A stretch of DNA of 62,977 bases, filler included, from Reticulomyxa filosa (Eukaryota; Protista; Foraminifera), in the NCBI GenBank assembly GCA_000512085.1. It is 17 parts of 17 records of this genome, joined end to end, with 100 filler letters (N's around TTAATTAATTAA, not from the genome) between each part and the next. Parts side by side here need not be neighbours in the genome. Positions count along the whole stretch, not along the records: positions 36,390 to 40,577 come from ASPP01024056.1; positions 40,678 to 43,185 come from ASPP01041258.1; positions 43,286 to 45,395 come from ASPP01003439.1; positions 45,496 to 51,777 come from ASPP01002141.1; 13 more parts are not named here. The stretch is one strand, 5' to 3'. A program made the position numbers and the translations under genes. A model generated the notes under the pieces. That model saw only the letters and a program-made list of their open reading frames with translations, did no database searches and was not told where the DNA came from. Shown piece after piece: positions 38,119-51,022 of this stretch (position 1 is its first letter; each line of letters begins with the position of its first letter).

Positions 38119-39434
38119 TTAGGTATGGCTTATCTCGCTGTTTGCACTATTACTTTTCGGTGTTATGGGACCTCGATTAGTCAAAGCATCTTTGTGAACA
38201 TCTTCACAACACGGAACTCGAGTACAAAGCCCAAAAATCACATTAAATGCAAAATCGCCAAACCGAAAGGAGCACATTATTAATATGCTATTGGATAGTG
38301 AATCCAATGGAACAAATGCATACACTGGCGAATGAAAGATTGCAATGGCAATGAACAGTACCAAATTTATGATTATGCTTGTGATGCCAATGATGCATCC
38401 TCGAAACATTTGTTTTATTTTGCTTTTTGAGACAGGTACATGAGATTTTGTTGATCTTTGTTCTTTGGTAGTCATTGCTTCAATTTTCCAAAGTAAAACG
38501 TATAATCTCCTGGCATACATGAACGACAGCATTAAATTCAATCCGCATACAATCACAATTCCTTCAAATAAAAAAAAAAAAACAACAGAATGATTGGGGC
38601 AAATACTATTTAACAATTATTTTGTTGATACCAAAGAAAGCATAAGCATTTTCAATCCACTTGTCCCAACCACTACACGCATACGATTCTTGAATTAAAT
38701 AAAAGTCTTGAGAAATTACTTTGTCGGCGCAATTGGAAAAGGCTGCCATAGTTAATGATATAACAATACCGGCAATAATCCCACTGCTACAAACAAAATA
38801 TACCGCACTGCGCATATGCTTTGGCGTTCGTAAAACACTCTTTTCAAAAGAAGATTCTAATCTTTCGTACCAAAACAGCACTCCTGCAAAATTGTACGAT
38901 GATGCCAAAGACCATGAAATTGCTGTTTCATATTGGTGTTATCAAAATACGTAACTCTTTTTCTTTGTTTATTTGTTTTTCTATTTTCAATCCATACACC
39001 CTCAAAAAAAAAAAGAACAAAAAAAGCTACCTGGGAAAATATGACAGTATATTGGATAATGTATTTGCCACTTCCAATATGAAATTGGCCCAAAGTTAAG
39101 GAGACAAACTGTTTCACATAATTGTGTTTTTTTTCGTATACGTGCATGCACACATTATTAAATAAGTACACACCGAGGTTATATAGAAGTGCCCCAAATT
39201 GATACAACAAGCACAAGGTGCCAAGTAATTTCTTCTTTACTATTTGTGATACACCCTTTAGTGTATACATTGTAATGCATCCTTGGAAAAAGCAGCATAT
39301 TCTAAAAAAACATACACTTTGGCTATTTTTTTTTTTACGCGTGTTTTTATTCTTAAAAATCTTTACGTGAAAAGGATAAGACGAGTTCCTGCAAATATAG
39401 GAACAGAATGATCCTCACAAACAGGAAATGTCAT
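38119..39434 (-). CDS. Multi-pass membrane protein, probably GPCR-like 7TM, multi-exon
   Basis: Successive hydrophobic exons. The last helix VYAFVPLDSLSNSILIMCSF is followed by a Cys-containing tail; WYERL follows a TM3-like segment. Confidence 0.6.
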
Positions 39435-39827
39435 TGAAAAAGACAAAATCTAATACAAATACGTTTCAAGTTGTCCTGTACAAAACAAGTTTTTGAACTT
39501 CTTTAGAGTACAGAATATATTTCACTGTGGTAGTTCTTCGCTTGTCTTTTTACCAATAGAGAAGTGCGTTGGCCCTTGAATAAAATTTCACATTATGATG
39601 TGAATAATAACCAAGGTGTTTGTTGTACGTCCAGAGCAAAGTAGGACATTGAATCGTTTTGCAAAAAAAAAAAATTATTTAATAAGAAGAACAACAGAAG
39701 CGATTTTTGATTAGCAAAAAAACTAGGTCAAATTATGGTTAAGATTATTTCAATCTCTGTCACGTTATCACAAATAATATTTATATGTATTGGTTCATAA
39801 TAAAATAAGTGAAAAAATTGTTGAGCG

Positions 39828-40482
39828 TTACTTAGTCATTACTTTTTTTCCCAGATTTAATGTCTTTTGTTTCATCCAAAACCTTGGTTTCAACAACGTC
39901 TTGGTGAGTATTCGATGCAGTACCATCAAAAAAATGATCGTTAGCGTTATCAAAAGCATCGAATGACAAATTATTATTGTTATTTGCAGTTTCGGATGGC
40001 TAAAGGAAAATTGAGAAAGCAAGCACAGAATGGAAAAGCTAAGACAAAGATGTAGTGGCGAATGTACACAAAAAAAAATACCTGTTTCAAAGTAAGATTT
40101 GGATTAGGGGATAGAGTAGAGTTATTATTTTTTTTCTCGTCATGACGATCATTAGTGTCAGCAGAAGTATTGGGATCACTCCATTCCGCCCATGAAGTAT
40201 CATTATCATTGGGATTATCTTTTGAAACAGTTTCATTTGTTTTGCCAGGTGAAACGGATGAGTGAGTAGTATTTGAAGCACGAGTAGCGTCATTGGAATG
40301 AAGGAGGCCCGAAATACCAACACGAGCCACCGTATCACTCTTATGTGTGAATTGATTCAAAAAGGCATCCTCTACTTCATCCTCAACACCAGCATGATGT
40401 TTACCTGGGCTATCCACATTGGCAAAATTCAAATCCATTAGACTGGTTGAATCCATTCCTAATACATTCGGACGTTCTCCAC
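39828..40482 (-). CDS. Disordered C-terminal part of an unknown protein
   Basis: Two exons rich in S/N/D with LMDL, DAF and WAEW short motifs reminiscent of trafficking adaptors; 5' truncated. Confidence 0.45.
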
Positions 40483-40677
40483 CTTTTTTTTTTTTTTTTT
40501 TTTTGAGTTGAATTGAATTGAATTGAGTTGATATGCACACATAAGAAAAAGTAAACCTAACCTAATTGAATCTTAAGNNNNNNNNNNNNNNNNNNNNNNN
40601 NNNNNNNNNNNNNNNNNNNNNTTAATTAATTAANNNNNNNNNNNNNNNNNNNNNNNNNNNNNNNNNNNNNNNNNNNN

Positions 40678-43080
40678 CGAGTGCTTCGGCTTTTGGTGAT
40701 CGAACAATTCGTATCCACAGCAACTACATTTATGAGATGAGAGAAAAGGGGAAGGGAGGGCTCGACTGCAAGCATTAATGTTGTCCACGCATCCATCCAG
40801 CAGGCCCAGCGCCACCGACACATTGCCAATATCCAAGCTTTTTTTCTTGATTTGATAAAGAATGGAGCGACTTTTGAATCGTCGATTAAATTATCGACTG
40901 GCACAACGTTGTTACTTTTTGTAACAAATGACAACAGCCATTGTACTGCGCTTGACATTAACACACTTGCAGCAACTTCCATTGGAAGGTGAAGTGGGCG
41001 CACTATGTGAAATTCGACCATGTTTGAGAATACGCAATGCCCGATGTTGCCCGGGAGCTTACGATTCCTTACATCAGCACGCGCATGATTCAAAGCCCAA
41101 ATTTGCGCATGTGCACATACACTACCGTTTCGACACGAGTAACCAATCTTTGCGTTCCGATTATTATCTTGTGTTTATAAAAAAGACATTTCCATATCGA
41201 TCGAATTTCTCTTACTCGTTGACGCCGGTGGATCACAGTTGGACACAATATTTGCGGATAATTCTTAGCATGGGCAAAGCGCCAGATACTTGCGTCTGCC
41301 TACATTAATGGCAAACAAGTCCTTTCAATACTTCGGGTAGCATTTGTTATATCCGTTCAACACTTTCACGTGGCGACTTTGCGCGTTCCCAGGCGTAAAA
41401 AAGGCAAGTCTATAAAACCAATTTCAATAAAGCCGTATACTGGTTTTTTTTATTTTTGTTTTTATTTTTTAAACAAATTTAACACGGTAAAATTTTGGAA
41501 CGCTTTTTCTCTTCGTCTTCATTTTCTTGCTTGCTGGTGTCTTGTAGGCTAAATTGAACCACTCTTACATGTGATGATTCTCTCGATGCAGTGGTTTGCT
41601 CGATGTCCATGTAAGTTTTTTTTGACAACTCCTTGCTATTTTCTTATTCGGCTTCTTCTTCGTCGCTCCAGTTGCTGCCATCGTCGCTATACCATAGTAT
41701 CGACATCGTTTCCAATTACAAGTCCATCTGCTATCTTCGACGTTGTGATGAGGGACACATTTTGGCCTGATCGAATTGATGTGAACATTTGCAATGATAG
41801 CGCACCATTTGTATATTCTATTTTTTTATTAGACCTATTCGTTGTTCGTCTTTTTCCTTGCTTTCTTGAGCGCCATCCAACAAATCGTCCGTATTCCATA
41901 GTCGATCCCAGATGAAGTTCGGTAAAGATAATATATACTTGCTCGGCAAACAACTCTTGCGGCACTGAAGTCGAAAAATGCAACTAGCTATTTTATTTTT
42001 TCACTAATCGATAATGCTCAACGTCGCACATGAGCTAACGTTCAAAATCCAAGTTGCGAATTTGCGCAAGTACACGACCAGTTTCGGCACGGCCTCTGCG
42101 TTAATAAAATTATGGCTATTTCAATAACGACCAAGTTTCATTATCCTTTGACGTTCGTTGCACACATTTTGACGCTATCTTTGTGACTGCCACGCTAAGA
42201 GTTATCCGCAGACTTGTTTGCACATACGTTGATTGCAACCAAATTCCTTCTAATGTTTCGAGTTGACATTGCCATACTTCTTCAGCATTTTCCAGTGGTC
42301 GTGACGTATATCTTCTGTGGTGCCAATTTAGTACTGCGATACATATCAGCAATGTTTTGTGCGCTTTTGCGCCAAAGTTCGTGCATCAATTTTAACTTCA
42401 GCGTTTTCGCTCTGGAATTAATACTGCAGTCTTCTCCACAGCCTTTCGTTGCGCTATTTGTGCGTTTTTTGCTGTCGACCAGTCTACGGCAATGTGCTCG
42501 CCAATCATTTCTGCAAAGATTTTGACCAGAGAAGCCTGAATATGTAACTCCAATGTGCTCCTTCAAGTTTATAAACTCAATTAACTCGGAACATCTATCA
42601 ATTTGAACACGTAAGGCAATGCATAGTTAGTATACTTATCTTTTGCGTTTTTTCCTATTTCGTTGTTGGACAGGCGGATTTCCATACGCGCTAAAAATCG
42701 TCGCAATGTACTTTTCAATCATTGTGGCAATCTAGCGATGAGACTCCTTCGACAATCAAACAGTATGCCAACACAATCAGTCTAGTTCATAGACAAGTAT
42801 ATACTTAAGCAATATATACTTCGATTTGAACTGCATCTTCCAGCGACTCAGGTTTTTGCTCGAACAGGACGATCAAACACAGGACTATTCAACAGATTGA
42901 CACAACGTTCTCGAATGGTCATCTTGTCTTTCAATGCGATCCAAATTCATCAGTCTTTGCTTGTTGAATCCACGACGTCGCCACTTACACATACCAATTT
43001 GATAATGTTCGTGCTTGTGGTCATACGCACTTCTTCCAAGTTTCCGGGAACAATCTCCCGTTTTTTTCCATTTTTTTCAA
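40678..43080 (-). pseudogene. Heavily decayed gene, probably with several ZZ-type zinc fingers
   Basis: Coding-like GC with stops in all frames; remnants HIGVTYSGFSGQNL (~42520-42560), EFGCNQRMCKQVCG* (~42200-42250) and GLVCH*CRQT (~41290-41320). Confidence 0.45.
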
Positions 43081-43413
43081 TTTTTTTTACACTTTTTTAA
43101 ATCTTTTTTCTATCTTTTTTTCTTTTTTATATCTTTTTTTCCTTTTTCTGTTGTTTAATCTTTTTTTCTTTTTTGCACATTGTCTNNNNNNNNNNNNNNN
43201 NNNNNNNNNNNNNNNNNNNNNNNNNNNNNTTAATTAATTAANNNNNNNNNNNNNNNNNNNNNNNNNNNNNNNNNNNNNNNNNNNNTTTTGTTTTGTTTTA
43301 GTTAGAAGCGTGTGCTTTTTCCCCTAATCTTTTTTTTTTTTAAAAATTTTGGAAATAGTTCTTTGAACGAGTTGGTATTAGATCCAACAAAACAAAAGAA
43401 AAAAAAAAAAAAA

Positions 43414-45395
43414 ATGAAGGAAGCGGGGACAAAAAAGAATAAACGCCGACAGTCTCAAAAAGATAGAAAAGGTTTGCTTTCTCGACAAGGTAAAGAAGAA
43501 GCGGGTCAAGAGTTGGCATACAAGATCCACAGTGGGCCAAGCCATGACTTGGGAGTGATAACGAAGATGTTTGGGAATGGTTTCGAGATGCCACCGTATT
43601 TGAAGAACACACTGGGTAGTATCGAGCCGACGGAAGCAGAGGACATATTGCACGATTTGGTGGAGCGGCGGAACGAGACAGCGAAGGACTTGTCAAGAAA
43701 AGTGGGTAGTAACTATGTGCAATTTATCGACATGTCACGAAACGTGATGAACATTGAGAATCAAATGGAAGAAGTGAGTACAATGTTGAAGAACTTTGGG
43801 GCATTTGTAAAGAAGTTGAATGAGACAAAGTTCGGATTGTTGTTGCAAGCGCATAAATCGCACGAGCATAACAAGCATGCGACAGACAAAGAAAAAAGAA
43901 AAAGAAAAAGAAAAAGAAATGCAATATTTAGTAGCACCCAAACCTAATGAATTTAAAAAAGACATCTTCATCATCATCCTCATCATCCTCATCAGCATCA
44001 GTATCATCTCCATTGCACAAAGATGAAGAACTGTATTTGTATAACGAAGACATGATCCAATCGTTCCACGAACAGAAGGAACGACTGGAAAACGACTGGC
44101 AGGCTATATGCAGCTGGCACGAGCAGCTGTCGCAGTACGTGTGCAACCGACAATTCACCGAGGCCGTGGACCTGATCATCAACGCGCCGGTGATCCACCA
44201 CGGCAACAGCGCCAACGCGGGCGTCCATCCGCACCAGCAGCAGCACCAAGACGACTGGCTGTCGCAGCAAGAAATATACACATCTCTGTTCGCATTCCAT
44301 CGCAACACATTGCGTGCCCTGGTCGAACAGCAGTTGCACGCCTTTACCAAAATGAGTGCTCATTTGAATCTTGCTTTGAATGTTAATACCATTGGAAGTT
44401 CTAGTGGTAGTAGTAGTAGTAATAATAATAATAATGGTGGTGGTGTTGATGATGGTCATAATAGTAGTATGGATTTACATGTTCATAGTAATAGTAATAG
44501 TAATACCAATACCAATAGCAGTAGTGAGATTCGTCGGAAAGAAATGACACTACATTTAATGCGACTTGGATATGTCGATGAAGCAATGAAACTGCTGCTG
44601 CTATACAAGTCGAAACAACTCAAATCTCTCGTTCGCCAAATTATCATGTCTGGAGACATCAAAAAATACATCCGCGATTTGTGCGATATCTTCTTCATGC
44701 ACATTGTTCGCACGGCCGACGAGTATGATGGCATTCTGCAGGAGTATAGCACGATGGATCGCTTCTCCCAACGCACCGGCGGCCATCATCATCATCAGCA
44801 GCAGCAGCAGCAGCATCTTCATCTTCATTCCAATGTCAATGCTAATGATGCAAATACTCGTACTGTCGATTTGAAACATGCCAACTTCCGATTGTCCACC
44901 GACGCCGCCGCCACTGCTGCTGTTGCTGCTGTTGCTGCTGCTGATGATGAACGAAAGACTGAAACACAACAATCGACGACTAGTCTGAAAATCAATAAAA
45001 CTAAAGAGGAGGAAACTGCAATGGACAAATGGTCGCGCTTAGATTGGCAACAGTGTGTGGACGAGGAAAACCAAAGCTTGACCGCCATTGAGAAGAACCG
45101 AGAGGAAGATCACAAAGACAATCGCGGTGGTGGTGATGGAGAAGATGGAGGGGATGACGACGATGACGACGATGACAACTGCCGAAATTCACATATGAGT
45201 GGCTTGGTCGTGTGGATATGCCAAGAACTAAATCAATTCATCGAGTTGTTCGAACAACAGGTCTTTGTGTTCTTGGAACTGAAATATAGGGCCATTGGTG
45301 ATTGCTTGCGAGTTGTCTTTCAACAATCCCATCGCTTAGATAACTATGGCATTCATTCTTCGTTCCTCTTAACTAATAAATTTGAAATGCCAATG
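43414..45395 (+). CDS. EXO84: Exocyst component EXO84 (3' truncated)
   Basis: Vps51/Exo84 N-domain (DLSRKVGSNYVQFIDMSRNVMNIENQM) plus Exo84_C motifs RQFTEAVDLI, LMRLG..DEA..LLL, SGDIKKYIRDLCDIFF and LVVW...ELNQF..LFEQQVF. Confidence 0.85.
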
Positions 45396-46381
45396 NNNNN
45401 NNNNNNNNNNNNNNNNNNNNNNNNNNNNNNNNNNNNNNNTTAATTAATTAANNNNNNNNNNNNNNNNNNNNNNNNNNNNNNNNNNNNNNNNNNNNGCTTG
45501 CCCCACATACTGAATTTTCATTTTTCAAAAAAATTCGTCTGAAGTAAGTTCTTGTATAATCTTCAAAGTTAACTTACGTTAGTGTTGTGTTTTTGTTGAA
45601 AACAGAATTTTCAGTAAAAAAACTTTTAAAATAAAAAGTGTTGTTCATGCACAAGCAACTATAAATCAAAATTAAAGTATTTTTACTTTATGTTAAGTGT
45701 TTAATAGTAAAAACATTTGAAATAATCAAAGCCAAAAGTAATAAAAAACAATCAATAACATTTATGTCAATTAAAACAATTATTGAATTGTTAAAGATAA
45801 AAAGATGAAATGTAAACAGTAAAAAAATTTTTAATGCAAAAGATATAGTTTATTTTTCATAAAATAATAATGTTCACAAAACATTTATCTCAAATTTTTT
45901 AAAACTAATGTATTATATCATACAATATTCTATCCAAACATGATTGATTATATTTTGCCACAATATATAAAAAATAAATATTGTTTAATTGCATTTATAG
46001 TTGTTTGCACCTGAATCACACTTCTACTCTTAACATTTTTTTGCCGAAATTCTCATGTTTTAAGAGCTTTTTATCTGAGCGAAATAATTGATCGACAAAA
46101 CACAAATGTTGCAGAAACTGGCTGTTTTCTTTTGAGTGAAAATTTTTTTTTAGCATTTAAAAAAAAGAAAAACTTTACAAACAAAAAGCGATAGTCAAAT
46201 TATCTTTATGTATTAATTTTAATATTAGCAAAGCAGACTTGTTCGTTTGCAAAAGAACCTCGTTCTAACCAAAACATGTAAGTTTTTAAAAGAGCCAGAA
46301 AAAAGGTCTACCAAATAATCATATTGACTGTAATTGAGATTTTTCATTTGCTTTGAAGTTTACATTATTCCTCAAAAAAGA

Positions 46382-46654
46382 ATGTCTTTTGGCTATTGCG
46401 ACCCTTGCCGCTGGACAATGTGCTGGCTAATTGTGGCACTTATTGTTATCACCTGGGCAACCCACTATCAATATGAAAGCGGGTACGATGGGACAGTCCA
46501 AAAACAAAATTTTTTTTCGCTCCTCAAAGTGAACTTGTTGTTTTCCTTTTTTTCACCTTCCCTACCTTCTTACTCAAATCAATAGACAATGGACAAACTT
46601 ATACCTGGGATGGCTGGTCGTCCTAATAATTACAGTGGTAATGTGCATAGTTGA
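46382..46654 (+). CDS. Putative ~60-aa single-TM microprotein (2 exons)
   Basis: MSFGYCDPCRWTMCWLIVALIVITW..GT|TMDKLIPGMAGRPNNYSGNVHS* via a GT-AG intron at ~46497-46585. Confidence 0.4.
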
Positions 46655-47312
46655 TGCCATGTTTGACGAGAGAAGTTTTGTCTTTGATCCTGACTATCAA
46701 AACTGGGCTGTTAAGTCAGGGAATGACAAAGCGTTTTAATTGTATCATCCAAGGAAAGTCGCATCTGTTCATCCAACAAAGAAGAGAAGCTGTCAGAGAA
46801 GAAAAAGTTTGTTTGTCACGTATTCAATTAAGAAAAGACGGTTGTGTTGCCGTAAAACTCAAAACATCATTACGTTTGTGTTTATTTGCGTGTGAAAGAG
46901 GAGAGAGGGCGGGAAACAAAGTGATATGGAGTGTGATAACAGCCCACACCACACATACAAGTGTTGGTGTGTTGAGAAATTTCTTTCTTAAACCTTCGCA
47001 CACTTCGTTTCAACGCTCACTCTTTTGTTGATGATTTCATCCAATGCAAAAACTTGTCTAAGATGAAGCTGTCTCCAAATTTGAGTTTACTCGTTTTTTG
47101 GCAGTAACCAGTTTGCAATCGTAGCAATTTTTTTTTCTTTTTAAGTAAAGACAAAAATAAATAAAATTTGAAGACGATAACAGTTAAAAAAAGGAACACA
47201 AAAAACTCTTTGGCATTTGTCTTTTGTGTGCAAGCAATGAAAATTTTACGAAGTTTCAAAAAATTGTGATTGAATACCGTCTGGATCAACCCTTGAGAGG
47301 GAGGAAAAAAAT

Positions 47313-47828
47313 TCAATTTTTTTGTGTGGTTAAAACTGCTTTTGCTTCGTTAATTTTTGCGGCGAGATAAGGACTCCCGCCACAGTCGGGGTGGTTTAGT
47401 ACCATCAATTTGCGGAAGCGTTCATCAATTTTTTTTTTGGGCGCATTTATATGGACACCAAGTAATAAGGCGGCTTCGTTTGCGTCCATTGGGTCCTTGA
47501 AGCCGCCTCCATATGGAAGACCGTGAATATTTCGTGCAGTAAACTCGTGTTTTGCTTTTGGGGCATCTTGCGTAAAAGATTCGGGCTGAGGTTATGATTT
47601 GTGTTTGTCTGTTGTAAGTTCTTTCTAAACACGTTTTTCAAATGACACTTACAATGGAAGAACTGGCATTCTTCAAAGCAGAAGAACGAGCCATTCTTTG
47701 GATTGAACGAGTAACGGCAACACCAGCGGCCACACTCAGTCCAGCGACTATTGGCAACCAAACCTGTTTTGCGTTTGCTCAAAACGTTTATTCGAAGTGA
47801 ACACAAAAGAAGTGTTCTGACCAACCAT
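47313..47828 (-). CDS. PAM18: Mitochondrial import motor J-protein PAM18/Tim14 (DNAJC19 family), 3 exons, first coding exon ATG only
   Basis: Spliced product M|[19 protein letters not shown]...|...[20 protein letters not shown]...[29 protein letters not shown]. Absent from the ORF track. Confidence 0.95.
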
Positions 47829-48559
47829 TTTTATTTTGTTCCTTTATTTCGTCATTCGAAAAGTTCGGCAAAAAAATTCTAACCTCCAGAGGTGTCTCTA
47901 GCTGTTGTGTCGTGTTTTTGGAGCTGACTATGAAAATAAATGATTTTCAAAGAGATTTGAAATTTCTTGCCAAATTTAGAAAACAGCAAAAATCCAATTA
48001 TCCACTTTTTTCTCAAAGCAAGCCATTATACCTGTAAAATGGCATATTACTCAAAAAGAATAGTTCTATACAACAAAAAAATTTTGACAAAAAATAAAAT
48101 TCTTTTCTTGAAATATTGCATTAATTTCATTGTTATTATATTTCATTAATTTCTCTCATAGGATAGTAATATTTTAATAGTCTCAATTAGATTGAATAAT
48201 TTTATTTTCACATTAGTAATGCTACAAAATTGCCTAATTTCCTTAGTTGTTTCAAATAATATGGTTTGAACTATTTCGTAAATGAATGCAATAAAAAACT
48301 AGTATACAAATATTGTGTGAAAATAAACAATTCTACACCAAATAAAATGAGTGTGTTATATAAGTGAATAATATAAATAGTTCATTAATGTGAGAAAAAT
48401 TTTTTTAGTAGGATTATTTTGATCTAATATCTCACAATTCACTTGTCGATTGCATATAAAAATATTGTTCTAATTAAGATAATGTTTAGTTTAGCTTGTG
48501 AAATTAATATCTTTCAGTAAGAAATAATTTAAAACATTGTATTTTTAATGATCAAATTT

Positions 48560-48720
48560 TTTTCATATAAGTTGGCATTGTTCAGAGTTACATAGCGACT
48601 TGCATTATAGTCGTTTATCGATTTGTAGGATAAGTCCCTGTTGTGAGTGCTGAGTTCTGAGGAGCCCCAGTGGCTAAACTTTTTCACAATTCACTTTCCA
48701 TCGTAAACTTTTTTGTCTTG
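48560..48720 (-). mobile_element. Possible non-LTR reverse transcriptase remnant
   Basis: LATGAPQNSALTT followed (frameshifted) by INDY resembles the RT motif G.PQGS.LSP....IND; the surroundings are decayed. Confidence 0.3.
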
Positions 48721-49881
48721 TTGTAATTATTGCTGTTGATTTACTTTCCTTTTATTGAAATTGGCTTTCGGAACTAGTTTTTTTCGTAATACTTAATCTC
48801 ACTGTTCCTACAGACTCTTTTTGTTTCTTCAGAATATTTTTTAATACACGCTACATTTTTATGTTGCTAATTGTATTTAATTATCGCCTTTGAATTGACT
48901 ACTTTCTAGTTATTTTATTCAATAGTTTTAAAATGTATTCTAACTCATAGTGTTGAATATCTTTTGATAATTGAACATATAGCGTTGTGCAGCTACTTTT
49001 TTTTGATCGAATGAATTTTATTTAATTACCATAAAACGAGTCAATTACTATTCTGAATAACATTTACCATTTGACACGGTAATGACGAATATTACTTAAC
49101 TTGAGGATAAATATCGATTTAAGCATTCCCATGCTTTTTTTGTTTTCAGTTTCGTTTTCCACAAATGAATTTTTATTTCGGTTTTTCCTTTTATTCTTGG
49201 GTTAGTGATTGTTCATTCAATTAACTATTGTTTTCAACTACATTCAACGTTCAATAATGTTACAAATATAGACATCAAATATAAAATTTATGGCGATACT
49301 TTCATAAACAATTATCGCTATTATATTTGTAGCTTAAATGAAGAAAGGTCTTATCGATTACAATGAATTCCATGCTACAATTTTTCGACAAGCAGTACCA
49401 TTGTTAGCTAAAAATTTTTTTGAAGGCACGAAAAATGTCGTCCAATAAATTGCATAATACGATAAAATACAAAAATTTTATTTTACTTCTCGTTTTTGCA
49501 TATACACACTCTTTTTTTTAACTTCAAATATTAACAAATTTGTTTTGAATAACTTTCATCAATTTTTCTTGCACAAGCTTCACCATTTAGTATTATCGGT
49601 TTTGTTATGTGCTTGGCCTCGAATTACTCTAGCGGAGAAATAGTTATAAACCCTTCTCCAAATTTTTTGGAGCCACTTTTTTTGGCGGCAATTTTTTTCC
49701 TCTTTCTAAGACAAAAGCAAAAATAACATGGTAATAATTAAACAAAGGAAAACAAAAACTTTTAGACTTATTTCTTGTATGAAGCAATACGAAAAGTTTC
49801 AAAACAATTTAAATTGAAATACTGTTGGGTTAGCCCCTGAGGAAAAAAGTTTTTCTTTTGGCAGTTAAAGCTGTGTTTTCT

Positions 49882-50216
49882 TCATAATCTTTTGAGGGTA
49901 TATAAGGACCGCCGAATCAATCGAGGATCGAATGCTATCGTCTTGCGGAAACGTCCGTCAATTTTCTGTTTATATGGAGTTACACGGCCAAGAGGTTTGG
50001 GTTCAGGTCGAGGTTTGGGTTCAGGTCTCTGCTGATCATTTTTTGTGTTTGCTTGTCGTAATTTTTTTTAAACAAGTCTTTCAAACTTACATACCCAGAC
50101 TCCATACGCCATTGCACCACTCGCAACCACAAAGATTAAGAACGGCAAAACCTGGTTTTGGATTTGTTCAGAATGTTCATTAAAGTGAACACAAAAGAAG
50201 TACTCTAACCAACCAT
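49882..50216 (-). pseudogene. Diverged tandem duplicate of PAM18 lacking the HPD motif (pseudogene or new ~69-aa microprotein)
   Basis: Upstream region, ATG-only exon and both introns are homologous to 47313-47900. Spliced ORF M|VLPFLIFVVASGAMAYGVW|QRPEPKPRPEPKPLG..KIDGRFRK..RL*. Confidence 0.8.
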
Positions 50217-51022
50217 TTTTGTTTCTTATTTCATCCCGAAAAAGTTCGACAAAAAATTCTAATTATTCTCTTTAGTTCTAGTTGTTGTAGTTCGTATTTG
50301 TTTAGACCTAATATTTTTCATTTTAAAAAGTCTTTCAAAACTTTGGTAATGCGAAAAATTTCAAATCTCTTTGGAAATCACTTATCTATACGCGAAATGT
50401 TGACTTTAAAAATCACATAATAAGTATAATCTTCACTTGAAGTACATAAAAAATTCATATTTTTTTGCGCTCATTTACTTGCGTCAACATTATTTGATTT
50501 GTTTATACTTGGCCCCAAATAACTTATGTACAGAAACTAAGAGAGGCTTTGTGGAGTGGCATAGAAACCTTTTTACTTTTCAATAAATTTTTTAGATCTT
50601 TGCTTATATTCTTTTAATCGTATTCTATTTTTCGTTTAGCGTTGAAAATGGTCCATTTTATCACTTAAATTTAAGAATTTCTACAAATAGAATCACTTTT
50701 ATTGCACTCACCATAATTTTTGTTCTTGCAATAAGAGAAAAATCAAAAGAAGTCAATCTTGCTCGGCATCATAGAAATAATTTTTTAAAAGTTTTTGTTA
50801 ACGTATCTATGTTGTTATATAAAACCATTTATTTAAACATTGAATACCTTATTGACGCTAAGTTTCCGCGGAGTTTTGTTTCAAACATATAGTTTTCCTT
50901 GTTGAAATTGAAACAAAATTTCTTTGGTAAAACAAAGTCAAGTTGGCAGTGTGGCAAGCACCTTTTCGCTCGTTTTCGTTTCGGGGGACGATTCTCTAAA
51001 ATTTGCTTTATAATTTACATAC

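Noticed and set aside
40554-40565. AACCTAACCTAA near a contig end as a telomeric TTAGG repeat
   Set aside because: Only two units, not terminal and within probable intron sequence; expected by chance.
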